A DNA stretch of 64,000 bases from assembly GCF_988243305.1 (NCBI RefSeq), contig NZ_OZ547136.1; one strand, given 5' to 3'. The stretch's first letter is position 1; each line of letters begins with the position of its first letter. The notes under the pieces were generated by a model that worked only from the letters and a program-made list of their open reading frames with translations, did not search any database and had not been told where the DNA came from. The translations under genes and the position numbers were made by a program. Shown here in pieces: positions 1-18,162 of this stretch.

Positions 1-582
1 TCCGGATAAATTAGCTTTATCCCAGCCCATGATTTGCGGCGGCACGACGCCAATATAGCCAATCTTCAGCGTCTGTTTTTTTCCGTCTTTATCGACCACT
101 TCGGTATCTTTAATTAAATACGGTGTAAACATTGGCTGTTTGGTTCTGGCGTCAATGACGTTGGCATTTACATAAGGGAATTTCGCTCCCGCCAACGCAT
201 TTTTCAGGTAATCCAGACCGTAGTTAAATTCATGATTGCCGAGTGTACCGACCGTATAATCCAGCGTATTCAGCGCCTTATAAACCGGATGAACATCACC
301 TGCTTTTAATCCTTTCGCCGATATGTAATCGGCCAGCGGACTCCCCTGAATCAAATCGCCGTTATCGACCAGTACGCTGTTTTTCACTTCATTGCGGGCA
401 TCGTTAATCAGGCTTGCCGTACGTACCAGTCCGAATTTTTCCGTGGCGGTGTCTTTGTAATAATCGAAATCCATCATGTTGCTATGCAGATCAGTGGTTT
501 CCATGATACGTAGATCGACCGTCGCTGCATTCACACTGGCGGCAATCAGCGTGGCCAGGAGCGTTGCGCTAAACTTAATCAT
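1..582 (-). CDS. cpdB: 2',3'-cyclic-nucleotide 2'-phosphodiesterase/3'-nucleotidase, N-terminal part (runs off window start)
   Basis: Reverse-strand translation from the ATG at 582-580 gives [42 protein letters not shown]..., matching the CpdB signal peptide and metallophosphatase N-terminus; divergent from cysQ as in E. coli. Confidence 0.85.
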   Translation of the reverse strand, partial: MIKFSATLLATLIAASVNAATVDLRIMETTDLHSNMMDFDYYKDTATEKFGLVRTASLINDARNEVKNSVLVDNGDLIQGSPLADYISAKGLKAGDVHPVYKALNTLDYTVGTLGNHEFNYGLDYLKNALAGAKFPYVNANVIDARTKQPMFTPYLIKDTEVVDKDGKKQTLKIGYIGVVPPQIMGWDKANLSG

Positions 583-771
583 CAGGGACATCCTTTTATC
601 ATCGGGAATACGAAAGAAAAGGGAGAATAAACGCCTTACTTATAGAACAGTGAAGAATGCCACAATTTTACGCTTTGAAAATGATGACACTATCACAGTT
701 GGCGCATTCATTAACGATAGGGTATAAGTAAAACAATAAGTTAACACCGCTCACAGAGACGAGGTGGAGAA

Positions 772-1512
772 ATGTTAGATCAAGTATGCCAGCTTGCACG
801 GAATGCAGGCGATGCCATTATGCAGGTCTACGACGGGACGAAACCGATGGACGTCGTCAGCAAAGCGGACAATTCTCCGGTAACGGCAGCGGATATTGCC
901 GCTCACACCGTTATCATGGACGGTTTACGTACGCTGACACCGGATATTCCGGTCCTTTCTGAAGAAGATCCTCCCGGTTGGGAAGTCCGTCAGCACTGGC
1001 AGCGTTACTGGCTGGTAGACCCGCTGGATGGTACTAAAGAGTTTATTAAACGTAATGGCGAATTCACCGTTAACATTGCGCTCATTGACCATGGCAAACC
1101 GATTTTAGGTGTGGTGTATGCGCCGGTAATGAACATAATGTACAGCGCGGCAGAAGGCAAGGCCTGGAAAGAAGAGTGCGGTGTGCGCAAGCAGATTCAG
1201 GTCCGCGATGCGCGCCCGCCGCTGGTGGTTATCAGCCGTTCCCATGCAGATGCGGAGCTGAAAGAGTATCTGCAACAGCTTGGCGAACATCAGACCACGT
1301 CCATCGGCTCTTCGCTGAAATTCTGCCTGGTGGCGGAAGGGCAGGCGCAGCTGTACCCGCGCTTCGGACCAACGAATATTTGGGATACCGCCGCTGGTCA
1401 TGCTGTGGCTGCAGCTGCCGGAGCGCACGTTCATGACTGGCAGGGTAAACCGCTGGATTACACTCCGCGCGAGTCGTTCCTGAATCCGGGATTCAGAGTG
1501 TCTATTTATTAA
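772..1512 (+). CDS. cysQ: 3'(2'),5'-bisphosphate nucleotidase
   Basis: 246-aa [25 protein letters not shown]... with inositol-monophosphatase family motifs (WLVDPLDGT). Confidence 0.95.
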   Translation: MLDQVCQLARNAGDAIMQVYDGTKPMDVVSKADNSPVTAADIAAHTVIMDGLRTLTPDIPVLSEEDPPGWEVRQHWQRYWLVDPLDGTKEFIKRNGEFTVNIALIDHGKPILGVVYAPVMNIMYSAAEGKAWKEECGVRKQIQVRDARPPLVVISRSHADAELKEYLQQLGEHQTTSIGSSLKFCLVAEGQAQLYPRFGPTNIWDTAAGHAVAAAAGAHVHDWQGKPLDYTPRESFLNPGFRVSIY

Positions 1513-2059
1513 TTAATTTATGCAGCAGGTCCATCACTTGCTGCACCTCTTCCTGTGTGAGCGCCCCGTCTTTGGCCCATTGCACGCGACCATCCTTATC
1601 CAGCACCACTACAGCGGAACTTTCTTCATCCAGCTGCCAGGCACCGCGCGCGACGCCATTGCTATCGACAATAAACTGCGACCAGGGATAAAGCTTTTTA
1701 TTACTCTCCAGACTGCTGCGCACAAACATCCCTGAACCCGGAATCGCGTCGTCGGTGTTAACAATGGTGGTGGTCTGGTAGCGATCGTGCGGTAACTTCG
1801 CTGATTTAATCGCTTCAATCAGCGTCGCGTTTTTCTCTTTTGCAGAGGTGCGACCAGCAATATGTTGCAGTACTCGCACTTTTCCCACTAACTGTGCGCT
1901 GTTCCAGGTTTTGTAGCTAAACTGATCTTTATCAAGCACCAACTCGCCTCGATCGGTAATGCCAATCGGCGGCACTCGCTGACCGGTTTCGAACTGATGT
2001 GCGGAAGCCATCATCGGCAACAGCAGGCAGGTGAGTGCCAGAATCTTGCGTAGGGTCAT
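1502..2059 (-). CDS. ytfJ: periplasmic protein YtfJ
   Basis: 185-aa ORF with N-terminal signal peptide ([20 protein letters not shown]); converges on cysQ with an 11-bp overlap. Confidence 0.9.
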   Translation of the reverse strand: MTLRKILALTCLLLPMMASAHQFETGQRVPPIGITDRGELVLDKDQFSYKTWNSAQLVGKVRVLQHIAGRTSAKEKNATLIEAIKSAKLPHDRYQTTTIVNTDDAIPGSGMFVRSSLESNKKLYPWSQFIVDSNGVARGAWQLDEESSAVVVLDKDGRVQWAKDGALTQEEVQQVMDLLHKLINK

Positions 2060-2383
2060 GGTGTTTCCTTCTTATGATATGCAGGTGATCCGACCACTTG
2101 GGTCTGAGTTTTAATCATATGTGCTATTTATCGAATTTCCCGCAAGTGTGATGCCAGTTTGCGGTCAAGCGCACAAATCATATGAAAAATGAATGCTTAT
2201 ACTGAAGACCGCGCTTCGGTAAAAAGATAATTCTGAATAATTGTAACCTTTAGGTAAAAAAAGTTATACGCGGTGGAAACATTGCCCGGATAGTCTATAG
2301 TCACTAAGCATTAAAATTTGCGCCTCATAATAGTTGGGCCGATTGTGGCACCGCACAGGCGTAATACTCAGCAGGAGATAACA

Positions 2384-2590
2384 ATGAAAATTTTCCAACG
2401 GTACAACCCACTTCAGGTGGCGAAGTACGTAAAGATCCTGTTCCGTGGACGGTTATACATCAAGGACGTTGGCGCTTTTGAATTTGATAAGGGTAAGATT
2501 CTTATCCCAAAAGTGAAGGATAAGCTGCATTTGTCAGTGATGTCCGAAGTTAACCGTCAGGTTATGCGTCTGCAAACAGAGATGGCTTAA
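2384..2590 (+). CDS. ytfK: small protein YtfK (68 aa)
   Basis: Internal ATG at 2384 preceded by AGGAGA RBS; product [38 protein letters not shown]... The upstream 22 codons of the track ORF are probably not translated. Confidence 0.85.
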
Positions 2591-2651
2591 CCAAAGTGCT
2601 ATGCAGTAATAAGACGGCTCCTGATTCAGGAGCCGTTGATGTTTCTGGGGG

Positions 2652-3995
2652 TTACGCGACGCTTTCTTCTTTATCTTTAGCGTCAGGCAGTTTTGGCGAA
2701 AGGGCGGTGGCCTTGCTGTCGATCCGGGTCACCAGCAGCTGGTCGATGCGGTAGTTATCGATATCCACCACTTCAAATTTGTAGCCGGCGAATTTCACCG
2801 AATCGGTGCGTTTCGGGATCTTACGCAGCATAAACATCATAAAGCCGCCGATGGTTTCGTAGTTGCCCGACTGCGGGAACTCGTCAATATCCAGCACGCG
2901 CATGACGTCGTCAATTGGGGTGCCGCCGTCAATCAGCCATGAGTTCTCATCACGGGCGACAATCTGCTCTTCCAGCCCCTGACCGACTAGATCGCCCATC
3001 AGCGTGGTCATCACGTCATTGAGGGTGATGATCCCCACCACCAGCGCGTACTCGTTCATGATCACCGCGAAGTCTTCACCTGCGGTTTTAAAACTTTCCA
3101 ACGCCTCTGAAAGGGTTAACGTATCCGGCACAATCAGCGTGTTGCGAATTTGTACGCCGCTGTTCAGTGCCAGGCTTTGGTTAGCCAGCACGCGGTTCAG
3201 CAGGTCTTTAGAATCGACATAGCCGATGATGTGGTCAATATCTTCATTACAGACGAGGAACTTAGAGTGCGGATGTTCCGCCACCTTATTCTTCAGGCTT
3301 TGCTCATCTTCGTGGAGATCAAACCAAATCACGTTTTCACGCGGTGTCATTGACGACGGAACGGTACGGGATTCCAGCTCAAAGACGTTTTCAATCAGCT
3401 CGTGTTCCTGTTTACGTAACACGCCCGCCAGCGCACCGGCTTCCACTACCGCGTAGATGTCATCAGAAGTGATGTCATCTTTACGTACCATTGGCAGTTT
3501 GAAAATACGGAAGATTATGTTCGCCAGTCCGTTGAAGAACCACACCAGCGGGGTGCAAACGTACAGGCAGAAGCGCATCGGGTTGATGATACGCAAAGCG
3601 ACAGCTTCTGGTGCAATCATACCGATGCGTTTCGGGGTTAAATCCGCAAACAGGATAAACATGCCAGTCACTAACGAGAAAGAGAGAATAAAGCTCAGTT
3701 GCTCAGAGAGCTCTGCCGACATATAGCGGGAGAACAGGCTGTGAAAAGCTGGAGAAAATGCCGCATCACCGACGATACCGCCGAGAATCGCCACTGCGTT
3801 CAGACCGATTTGGACCACGGTAAAGAACATGCCGGGATTTTCCTGCATATTCAGAACGCGTTGGGCATTTATATTGCCTTCATCAGCCAGCAGTTTAAGT
3901 TTGATTTTGCGTGAGGCGGCAAGTGAGATCTCGGACATCGAGAAGAACGCACTTACAGCGATCAAGCAGAGTATGACTAAAATACTGTTTAACAT
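2652..3995 (-). CDS. ytfL: inner-membrane CNNM/CorC-family protein (DUF21-CBS-CorC), YtfL/PaeA
   Basis: 447-aa ORF with hydrophobic N-terminal domain followed by CBS/CorC-like region; position between ytfK and msrA. Confidence 0.9.
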   Translation of the reverse strand: MLNSILVILCLIAVSAFFSMSEISLAASRKIKLKLLADEGNINAQRVLNMQENPGMFFTVVQIGLNAVAILGGIVGDAAFSPAFHSLFSRYMSAELSEQLSFILSFSLVTGMFILFADLTPKRIGMIAPEAVALRIINPMRFCLYVCTPLVWFFNGLANIIFRIFKLPMVRKDDITSDDIYAVVEAGALAGVLRKQEHELIENVFELESRTVPSSMTPRENVIWFDLHEDEQSLKNKVAEHPHSKFLVCNEDIDHIIGYVDSKDLLNRVLANQSLALNSGVQIRNTLIVPDTLTLSEALESFKTAGEDFAVIMNEYALVVGIITLNDVMTTLMGDLVGQGLEEQIVARDENSWLIDGGTPIDDVMRVLDIDEFPQSGNYETIGGFMMFMLRKIPKRTDSVKFAGYKFEVVDIDNYRIDQLLVTRIDSKATALSPKLPDAKDKEESVA

Positions 3996-4194
3996 ATCTT
4001 ATCCGACCTTTCAGGCCAGATCCTCGGAAGGGGAAGTTGATTAATTTGTGTGAAATACACATTGAAAGCCGATTCGAAGAAAGTGAACCGGCATTTTCAG
4101 TGGCTAGTATAGCGTAAGGTACTGTAAAGTCGCCAGAGGGTTAAAATTCAGACTGCTGATAAATGCAATACTGCCTGATGCGCTATGCCAATCA

Positions 4195-5420
<1,226 letters not shown>

Positions 5421-5421
5421 C

Positions 5422-5480
<59 letters not shown>

Positions 5481-5596
5481 GCAGTCCTTGCAATATATTG
5501 AATTTGGACGATTTTGTAGGCCTGGTAAGGCGTTTACGCCGCATCTGGCATAAATAAAGCGCACTTTATCAACAATCTACATTTGTACCCGTAACG

Positions 5597-6235
5597 CTAT
5601 GCTTCCGGTGGCAGACAGACGCCAATTCCGCCAATTCCACAGTAACCATACGGGTTTTTATGCAGATATTGCTGGTGGTCATCTTCGGCATAATAAAACG
5701 GTGTGGCGTTAGCGATTTCCGTGGTGATGTGACGATCATCATCGGCGGCAAGCATCGCCGCCTGAAAACGTTCCAGACTGGCGCGAGCTGCGGCATCCTG
5801 TTCTGGGGTCAGCGGATAAATCGCTGAACGATACTGCGTGCCGTGGTCATTGCCCTGACGCATTCCCTGGGCGGGATCGTGATTCTCCCAAAATACCTGT
5901 AGCAACTGCTCATAGCTGATGACGGAAGGATCGTAAACAATGCGTACCGCTTCGGCATGACCCGTATCACCGGAGCACACTTCCCGATAAGTCGGATTTG
6001 GCGTATAGCCTCCGGTATAGCCTGCGGCGGTGCTGTAAACGCCGGGTAACTGCCAGAACAGACGCTCCACACCCCAGAAACAACCCATCGCAAAAATGGC
6101 AATCTCCATTCCGTCAGGTACATTGGTCATTGAGTGACCGTTGACCGCATGCAGCGTGGCTACGGGCATCGGGGTGTTACGTCCAGGCAGGGCATCGGCG
6201 GGGGAAACCAGATGCTTTTTATCAAATAAACTCAT
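5597..6235 (-). CDS. msrA: peptide methionine sulfoxide reductase A
   Basis: 212-aa product from internal start [12 protein letters not shown]... with GCFWG active-site motif; the track ORF is N-terminally over-extended. Confidence 0.93.
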
Positions 6236-6398
6236 GGTGTCGCTCTCCCGAAAATCGGTCATTGGGGTTAAGGTTGTAACAAGAGGCGTATTTGCACACA
6301 ATAACCACCGTGAATAGGTCTAAAGTAAAACATAAGAAATATTTGGGGTTTAGTCTGCTTTTTAATCCATATTACTGGATTTTTGTTAAGCCGTTTAA

Positions 6399-11950
<5,552 letters not shown>

Positions 11951-11952
11951 CA

Positions 11953-12294
11953 ATGCGAATATTTGTCTACGGCAGTTTACGCCACAAACAAGGCAACAGT
12001 CACTGGATGACCAATGCCCAGTTACTGGGCGATTTCAGTATCGATAACTACCAGTTGTATAGCCTGGGCCACTATCCAGGCGCAGTTCCGGGGAACGGAA
12101 CAGTACACGGTGAAGTTTATCGTATTGACAACGCCACGCTGGCCGAACTTGATGCCTTGCGCACCAGGGGCGGTGAATACGCGCGCCAGTTGATTCAGAC
12201 GCCGTACGGGAGTGCATGGATGTACGTTTATCAACGACCCGTCGATGGATTAAAGCTAATTGAAAGCGGCGACTGGTTAGACAGGGATAAGTAA
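11953..12294 (+). CDS. ytfP: gamma-glutamylcyclotransferase-family protein YtfP
   Basis: 113-aa ORF MRIFVYGSLRHKQGN... (GGCT-like YGSL motif) directly after tamB. Confidence 0.9.
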   Translation: MRIFVYGSLRHKQGNSHWMTNAQLLGDFSIDNYQLYSLGHYPGAVPGNGTVHGEVYRIDNATLAELDALRTRGGEYARQLIQTPYGSAWMYVYQRPVDGLKLIESGDWLDRDK

Positions 12295-12304
12295 TAATAA
12301 AAGC

Positions 12305-12330
12305 ACGCCACCTTCGGGTGGCGTTGTTTT
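12305..12330 (+). terminator. rho-independent terminator after ytfP
   Basis: Stem ACGCCACC / GGTGGCGT with TTCG loop followed by TGTTTT. Confidence 0.7.
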
Positions 12331-12673
12331 ATGCGATGTATCTCGCGATTTTTTTTTGTAACTTTTCCATCTTTTGCTTTTCTCTCCGAGCCGCTTTCCA
12401 TATCTGCAATCGCATAAAAAACTCTGCTGGCGTTCACAAATGTGCAGGGGTAAAACGGGGGCACGCTTTGAACGGTGAGTATGAGTGAGGTCGGCTAACT
12501 TCCAGCAAGTGGCTATGAACAGCAAAATGGTGGTCGGGTTTGCTTGTTCTTACCGTTCAAGCCTTGCAACCGCTGAGAATAATGATGGTGGAATAGAGAG
12601 TTTATTTATCGCGGGCATAAAAAAACCCTTACTAACCGAAGCCCGGCGTTCAGGGTTATTGCGCTAGAAGAAC

Positions 12674-13204
12674 TTATTTATTCTTTGCGCGCTCGAAGGA
12701 AGCAACGATTTCAGCTTTAGCGGCTTCTGCGTTTTCCCAACCTTCAACTTTCACCCACTTGCCTTTTTCGAGGTCTTTGTAGTGCTCGAAGAAGTGAGCG
12801 ATCTGCGCTTTCAGCAGCTCTGGCAGATCGTTAACGTCTTTAATGTGATCGTATTCTTTGCTCAGCTTGGTGTGCGGAACAGCAATCAGTTTCGCATCTT
12901 CACCGGCTTCGTCGGTCATTTTCAGAACGCCAACCGGACGGCAACGGATCACAGAACCCGGCTGCAGCGGGTACGGAGTCGGGACCAGTACGTCAACCGG
13001 GTCACCGTCCAGAGACAGGGTGTGGTTGATGTAACCGTAGTTGCACGGATAGAACATCGCGGTGGACATGAAGCGGTCAACGAACAGTGCGCCGCTCTCT
13101 TTGTCGATTTCGTATTTGATCGGATCTGCGTTAGCCGGGATCTCAATAACAACGTAGATGTCTTCCGGCAGATCTTTACCCGCAGGGACGTTGAGTAAGC
13201 TCAT
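12674..13204 (-). CDS. ppa: inorganic pyrophosphatase
   Basis: 176-aa [38 protein letters not shown]... Confidence 0.97.
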   Translation of the reverse strand: MSLLNVPAGKDLPEDIYVVIEIPANADPIKYEIDKESGALFVDRFMSTAMFYPCNYGYINHTLSLDGDPVDVLVPTPYPLQPGSVIRCRPVGVLKMTDEAGEDAKLIAVPHTKLSKEYDHIKDVNDLPELLKAQIAHFFEHYKDLEKGKWVKVEGWENAEAAKAEIVASFERAKNK

Positions 13205-13513
13205 GTCTGTTTCCTTTAAAAATATGTGGCAAACAAGTGCCGAGTATTATAGCCAACTCGCGCCGAATGTCTTCGCTTGTTTTCGTCTTCATTTTCCTTT
13301 TTCGCCAATTTTAAGACGGTATACAGAGCAGGAAAATCCATAACCGTAGCCGCATTTTTCATAGTGAGATGAAAGCGATTACAAACTTGTGATTAACGTT
13401 TTATTTACTTCTTTGAAGTGTGATGTAACGCAATCCGTTACATAACGAATTGTCTATAGTTTTTTCGCGAACATCTTTTCACCAATAATAATTACCCCGA
13501 CGAGGACAACCCT

Positions 13514-14470
13514 ATGTGGAAACGCTTACTTGTAGTCTCTGCAGTCTCGGCAGCCATGTCGTCTATGGCGTTGGCCGCTCCATTAACCGTAGGATTTTCG
13601 CAGGTCGGATCGGAATCTGGCTGGCGCGCCGCAGAAACCAATGTGGCGAAAAGTGAGGCCGAAAAACGCGGAATTACGCTGAAAATTGCCGATGGTCAGC
13701 AAAAGCAGGAAAACCAGATTAAAGCGGTACGTTCCTTCGTCGCGCAAGGGGTGGATGCGATCTTTATCGCTCCGGTGGTTGCGACTGGTTGGGAACCGGT
13801 ATTAAAAGAGGCGAAAGATGCCGAAATCCCGGTCTTCTTGCTCGATCGTTCTATTGATGTGAAAGACAAATCTCTCTATATGACCACCGTCACTGCCGAC
13901 AACATTCTCGAAGGCAAGTTGATTGGTGACTGGCTGGTAAAAGAAGTGAATGGCAAACCATGCAACGTGGTGGAGCTGCAGGGCACTGTTGGGGCCAGCG
14001 TCGCCATTGACCGTAAGAAAGGCTTTGCCGAAGCCATTAAGAATGCGCCAAATATCAAAATTATCCGCTCGCAGTCAGGTGACTTCACCCGCAGTAAAGG
14101 CAAAGAAGTCATGGAGAGCTTTATCAAAGCGGAAAACAACGGCAAAAACATCTGCATGGTTTACGCCCATAACGACGACATGGTGATTGGTGCAATTCAG
14201 GCAATTAAAGAAGCGGGCCTGAAACCAGGCAAAGATATTCTGACAGGTTCTATCGACGGCGTACCGGATATCTACAAAGCGATGATTGATGGCGAAGCGA
14301 ACGCCAGTGTTGAACTGACGCCGAATATGGCAGGTCCCGCCTTCGACGCGCTGGAGAAATACAAAAAAGACGGCACCATGCCTGAAAAGCTGACGCTGAC
14401 CAAATCCACCCTTTATCTGCCTGATACCGCAAAAGAAGAGTTAGAGAAGAAGAAAAATATGGGGTATTGA
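13514..14470 (+). CDS. ytfQ: periplasmic sugar-binding protein of galactofuranose ABC transporter
   Basis: 318-aa ORF with signal peptide, periplasmic-binding-protein fold; first gene of the ytfQRT-yjfF cluster. Confidence 0.92.
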   Translation: MWKRLLVVSAVSAAMSSMALAAPLTVGFSQVGSESGWRAAETNVAKSEAEKRGITLKIADGQQKQENQIKAVRSFVAQGVDAIFIAPVVATGWEPVLKEAKDAEIPVFLLDRSIDVKDKSLYMTTVTADNILEGKLIGDWLVKEVNGKPCNVVELQGTVGASVAIDRKKGFAEAIKNAPNIKIIRSQSGDFTRSKGKEVMESFIKAENNGKNICMVYAHNDDMVIGAIQAIKEAGLKPGKDILTGSIDGVPDIYKAMIDGEANASVELTPNMAGPAFDALEKYKKDGTMPEKLTLTKSTLYLPDTAKEELEKKKNMGY

Positions 14471-14480
14471 GGGTTGCTAT

Positions 14481-14580
14481 GCCTGATGCCGATTCGTAGG
14501 CCGGATAAGGCGCTCGCGCCGCATCCGGCGGTGGTGCGCTGAAGCCTGATGCGACGCTTACCGCGTCTTATCATGCCTAC
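14481..14580. repeat. REP/BIME element cluster
   Basis: GCCTGATGCG...TAGGCCGGATAAGGCG...CGCATCCGGC palindromic units between ytfQ and ytfR. Confidence 0.85.
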
Positions 14581-14609
14581 TGGGAGCACGCTTTACACCG
14601 GGGGAAACC

Positions 14610-16112
14610 ATGACGACTAACCAACACCAGGAGATCCTCCGCACCGAAGGATTAAGTAAATTTTTCCCCGGCGTCAAAGCGTTAGACAACGTTGATTTCA
14701 GCCTGCGCCGCGGCGAAATCATGGCGCTGCTCGGTGAAAACGGGGCAGGAAAATCAACGCTAATCAAAGCATTAACTGGTGTATACCACGCCGATCGCGG
14801 CACCATCTGGCTGGAAGGCCAGGCTATCTCACCGAAAAATACCGCCCATGCACAACAACTCGGTATCGGCACCGTCTATCAGGAAGTAAACCTGCTACCC
14901 AATATGTCGGTCGCTGATAATCTATTTATAGGCCGCGAACCCAAACGCTTCGGCCTTCTACGCCGCAAAGAGATGGAAAAGCGCGCCACCGAACTGATGG
15001 CATCTTACGGTTTCTCCCTCGACGTGCGCGAACCGCTCAACCGCTTTTCAGTCGCGATGCAGCAAATCGTCGCTATTTGCCGGGCTATCGATCTCTCTGC
15101 CAAAGTGCTGATCCTCGATGAACCCACCGCCAGTCTCGACACCCAGGAAGTGGAGTTACTGTTTGACCTGATGCGTCAGTTGCGCGATCGCGGCGTCAGC
15201 CTGATTTTTGTCACTCACTTTCTCGATCAGGTCTATCAGGTCAGCGATCGGATCACCGTCTTACGCAACGGCAGTTTCGTAGGCTGTCGGGAAACGTGCG
15301 AGCTACCGCAGATCGAACTGGTAAAAATGATGCTGGGGCGCGAGCTGGATACCCACGCGCTACAGCGTGCCGGGCGAACATTGTTGAGCGACAAACCCGT
15401 TGCCGCGTTCAAAAATTACGGCAAAAAAGGAACGATCGCACCGTTTGATCTCGAAGTACGCCCCGGCGAGATCGTCGGTCTGGCTGGATTGCTGGGATCA
15501 GGACGTACCGAAACCGCCGAAGTGATCTTCGGTATCAAACCTGCTGACAGCGGCACGGCGTTGATCAAAGGCAAATCGCAAAACCTGCGATCGCCACATC
15601 AGGCTTCGGTACTGGGCATTGGCTTCTGCCCGGAAGACAGGAAAACCGATGGCATCATCGCTGCCGCCTCGGTGCGGGAAAATATCATCCTCGCTCTCCA
15701 GGCCCAGCGCGGCTGGCTACGTCCCATTTCCCGCAAAGAACAGCAAGAGATTGCCGAACGCTTTATCCGCCAGCTTGGCATTCGCACACCTTCAACTGAA
15801 CAACCGATTGAATTTCTCTCTGGCGGCAATCAGCAAAAAGTGTTGCTTTCACGTTGGCTACTGACCCGACCGCAATTTCTGATCCTTGATGAGCCAACTC
15901 GCGGCATTGATGTTGGTGCCCACGCCGAGATCATCCGCCTGATTGAAACGCTATGCGCCGATGGTCTGGCGCTGCTGGTGATCTCCTCCGAACTGGAAGA
16001 ACTGGTGGGCTATGCCGACCGGGTGATCATCATGCGCGATCGCAAACAGGTGGCGGAGATCCCGCTGGCAGAGCTTTCCGTTCCGGCGATCATGAACGCC
16101 ATTGCGGCGTAA
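14610..16112 (+). CDS. ytfR: ABC transporter ATP-binding protein (two ATPase domains)
   Basis: 500-aa ORF; Walker A GENGAGKST; duplicated ABC domains typical of sugar ABC importers. Confidence 0.93.
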   Translation: MTTNQHQEILRTEGLSKFFPGVKALDNVDFSLRRGEIMALLGENGAGKSTLIKALTGVYHADRGTIWLEGQAISPKNTAHAQQLGIGTVYQEVNLLPNMSVADNLFIGREPKRFGLLRRKEMEKRATELMASYGFSLDVREPLNRFSVAMQQIVAICRAIDLSAKVLILDEPTASLDTQEVELLFDLMRQLRDRGVSLIFVTHFLDQVYQVSDRITVLRNGSFVGCRETCELPQIELVKMMLGRELDTHALQRAGRTLLSDKPVAAFKNYGKKGTIAPFDLEVRPGEIVGLAGLLGSGRTETAEVIFGIKPADSGTALIKGKSQNLRSPHQASVLGIGFCPEDRKTDGIIAAASVRENIILALQAQRGWLRPISRKEQQEIAERFIRQLGIRTPSTEQPIEFLSGGNQQKVLLSRWLLTRPQFLILDEPTRGIDVGAHAEIIRLIETLCADGLALLVISSELEELVGYADRVIIMRDRKQVAEIPLAELSVPAIMNAIAA

Positions 16113-16122
16113 GGAGAACAGT

Positions 16123-17148
16123 GTGATGCCTCAATCTCTCCCGGACACTACGCCGCCGAAAAGGCGCTTTCGCTGGCCAACGGGAATGCCGCAGCTGGCG
16201 GCACTGTTGCTGGTGCTGCTGGTCGATAGCCTGGTGGCCCCGCATTTCTGGCAGGTGGTGCTCCAGGATGGGCGTTTATTCGGTAGCCCCATAGACATTC
16301 TTAACCGTGCGGCCCCCGTTGCGCTGTTGGCTATCGGAATGACGCTGGTGATCGCAACAGGTGGGATTGATCTCTCCGTGGGGGCGGTGATGGCTATCGC
16401 CGGAGCCACAACGGCTGCGATGACGGTCGCGGGATTCAGCCTGCCGATTGTTTTGTTAAGCGCCCTGGGCACTGGCATCCTGGCGGGATTGTGGAACGGC
16501 ATACTGGTAGCGATCCTCAAAATTCAGCCGTTTGTTGCCACCCTGATCCTGATGGTCGCCGGGCGCGGCGTGGCGCAACTGATCACCTCCGGACAGATCG
16601 TCACGTTTAACTCGCCGGATCTCTCATGGTTTGGCAGTGGATCGCTGTTGTTCCTGCCAACGCCGGTCATTATCGCGGTGCTGACGCTTATCCTGTTCTG
16701 GCTGTTGACCCGCAAAACGGCGCTGGGGATGTTTATCGAAGCCGTTGGTATCAACATTCGGGCGGCAAAAAATGCCGGGGTAAACACGCGGATCATCGTC
16801 ATGCTTACCTACGTGTTGAGCGGGCTGTGTGCGGCGATTGCGGGCATTATCGTGGCGGCGGATATTCGCGGTGCCGATGCCAATAACGCCGGGTTATGGC
16901 TGGAGCTGGACGCCATTCTCGCGGTGGTTATTGGCGGCGGATCGCTGATGGGCGGACGTTTTAACCTACTGCTTTCGGTGGTGGGGGCGCTGATTATTCA
17001 GGGGATGAACACCGGAATTTTGCTTTCGGGCTTTCCGCCAGAGATGAACCAGGTTGTAAAAGCGGTGGTGGTTCTTTGCGTGCTGATTGTCCAGTCGCAA
17101 CGCTTTATCAGTCTGATTAAAGGAGTACGTAGCCGTGATAAAACGTAA
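16123..17148 (+). CDS. ytfT: ABC transporter permease
   Basis: GTG start (MMPQSLPDTTPPKRRF...) after AAGGAG RBS; polytopic membrane protein. Confidence 0.9.
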   Translation: MMPQSLPDTTPPKRRFRWPTGMPQLAALLLVLLVDSLVAPHFWQVVLQDGRLFGSPIDILNRAAPVALLAIGMTLVIATGGIDLSVGAVMAIAGATTAAMTVAGFSLPIVLLSALGTGILAGLWNGILVAILKIQPFVATLILMVAGRGVAQLITSGQIVTFNSPDLSWFGSGSLLFLPTPVIIAVLTLILFWLLTRKTALGMFIEAVGINIRAAKNAGVNTRIIVMLTYVLSGLCAAIAGIIVAADIRGADANNAGLWLELDAILAVVIGGGSLMGGRFNLLLSVVGALIIQGMNTGILLSGFPPEMNQVVKAVVVLCVLIVQSQRFISLIKGVRSRDKT

Positions 17149-18130
17149 TTTGCCACTGATGATCACCATCGGCGTCTTTGTGTTGGGTTATCTTTACTGC
17201 CTGACCCAGTTTCCCGGTTTTGCTTCCACAAGAGTGATCTGCAATATCCTGACCGATAACGCCTTTCTTGGGATCATTGCCGTTGGCATGACCTTTGTGA
17301 TCCTCTCCGGTGGGATCGATCTCTCCGTCGGTTCGGTGATCGCCTTTACTGGCGTGTTTCTGGCAAAAGTGATTGGCGATTTCGGCCTCTCGCCGCTACT
17401 GGCGTTTCCGCTAGTGCTGGTGATGGGCTGTGCCTTCGGCGCATTTATGGGGCTTTTGATCGACGCCCTGAAGATCCCGGCATTTATCATTACCCTGGCG
17501 GGGATGTTCTTTTTGCGCGGTGTCAGCTATCTCGTTTCGGAAGAGTCGATTCCGATAAACCATCCCATTTATGACACGCTCTCAAGCCTTGCGTGGAAAA
17601 TCCCTGGCGGCGGTCGCTTAAGTGCGATGGGACTGCTGATGTTGGCGGTGGTGGTTATCGGTATTTTCCTCGCGCATCGTACCCGTTTTGGTAATCAGGT
17701 ATACGCCATTGGCGGCAACGCAACGTCGGCGAACCTGATGGGGATTTCCACTCGCAGCACCACTATTCGCATTTATATGCTCTCCACCGGACTGGCAACG
17801 CTGGCGGGGATTGTCTTCTCGATTTATACCCAGGCCGGATATGCGCTGGCGGGCGTAGGTGTGGAACTGGATGCTATCGCCTCAGTGGTAATTGGCGGTA
17901 CGCTTCTGAGCGGTGGCGTTGGAACGGTATTAGGGACGCTTTTTGGCGTGGCGATTCAGGGACTGATTCAGACTTACATAAACTTTGATGGCACGCTGAG
18001 CTCATGGTGGACGAAAATCGCCATCGGTATTTTGTTGTTTATTTTTATAGCATTACAGCGTGGATTAACGGTGCTGTGGGAGAATCGTCAGAGTTCGCCA
18101 GTGACAAGAGTCAACATTGCGCAGCGATAA
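17135..18130 (+). CDS. yjfF: ABC transporter permease
   Basis: 331-aa membrane ORF overlapping the ytfT 3' end (operon coupling). Confidence 0.92.
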   Translation: MIKRNLPLMITIGVFVLGYLYCLTQFPGFASTRVICNILTDNAFLGIIAVGMTFVILSGGIDLSVGSVIAFTGVFLAKVIGDFGLSPLLAFPLVLVMGCAFGAFMGLLIDALKIPAFIITLAGMFFLRGVSYLVSEESIPINHPIYDTLSSLAWKIPGGGRLSAMGLLMLAVVVIGIFLAHRTRFGNQVYAIGGNATSANLMGISTRSTTIRIYMLSTGLATLAGIVFSIYTQAGYALAGVGVELDAIASVVIGGTLLSGGVGTVLGTLFGVAIQGLIQTYINFDGTLSSWWTKIAIGILLFIFIALQRGLTVLWENRQSSPVTRVNIAQR

Positions 18131-18162
18131 AAACGCCTCTCCGTGTGGAGAGGCGCAGGAGA

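Noticed and set aside
476-727. 83-aa plus-strand ORF in the cpdB-cysQ divergent region
   Set aside because: Mostly antisense to the cpdB 5' end and promoter region; no RBS or recognisable family.
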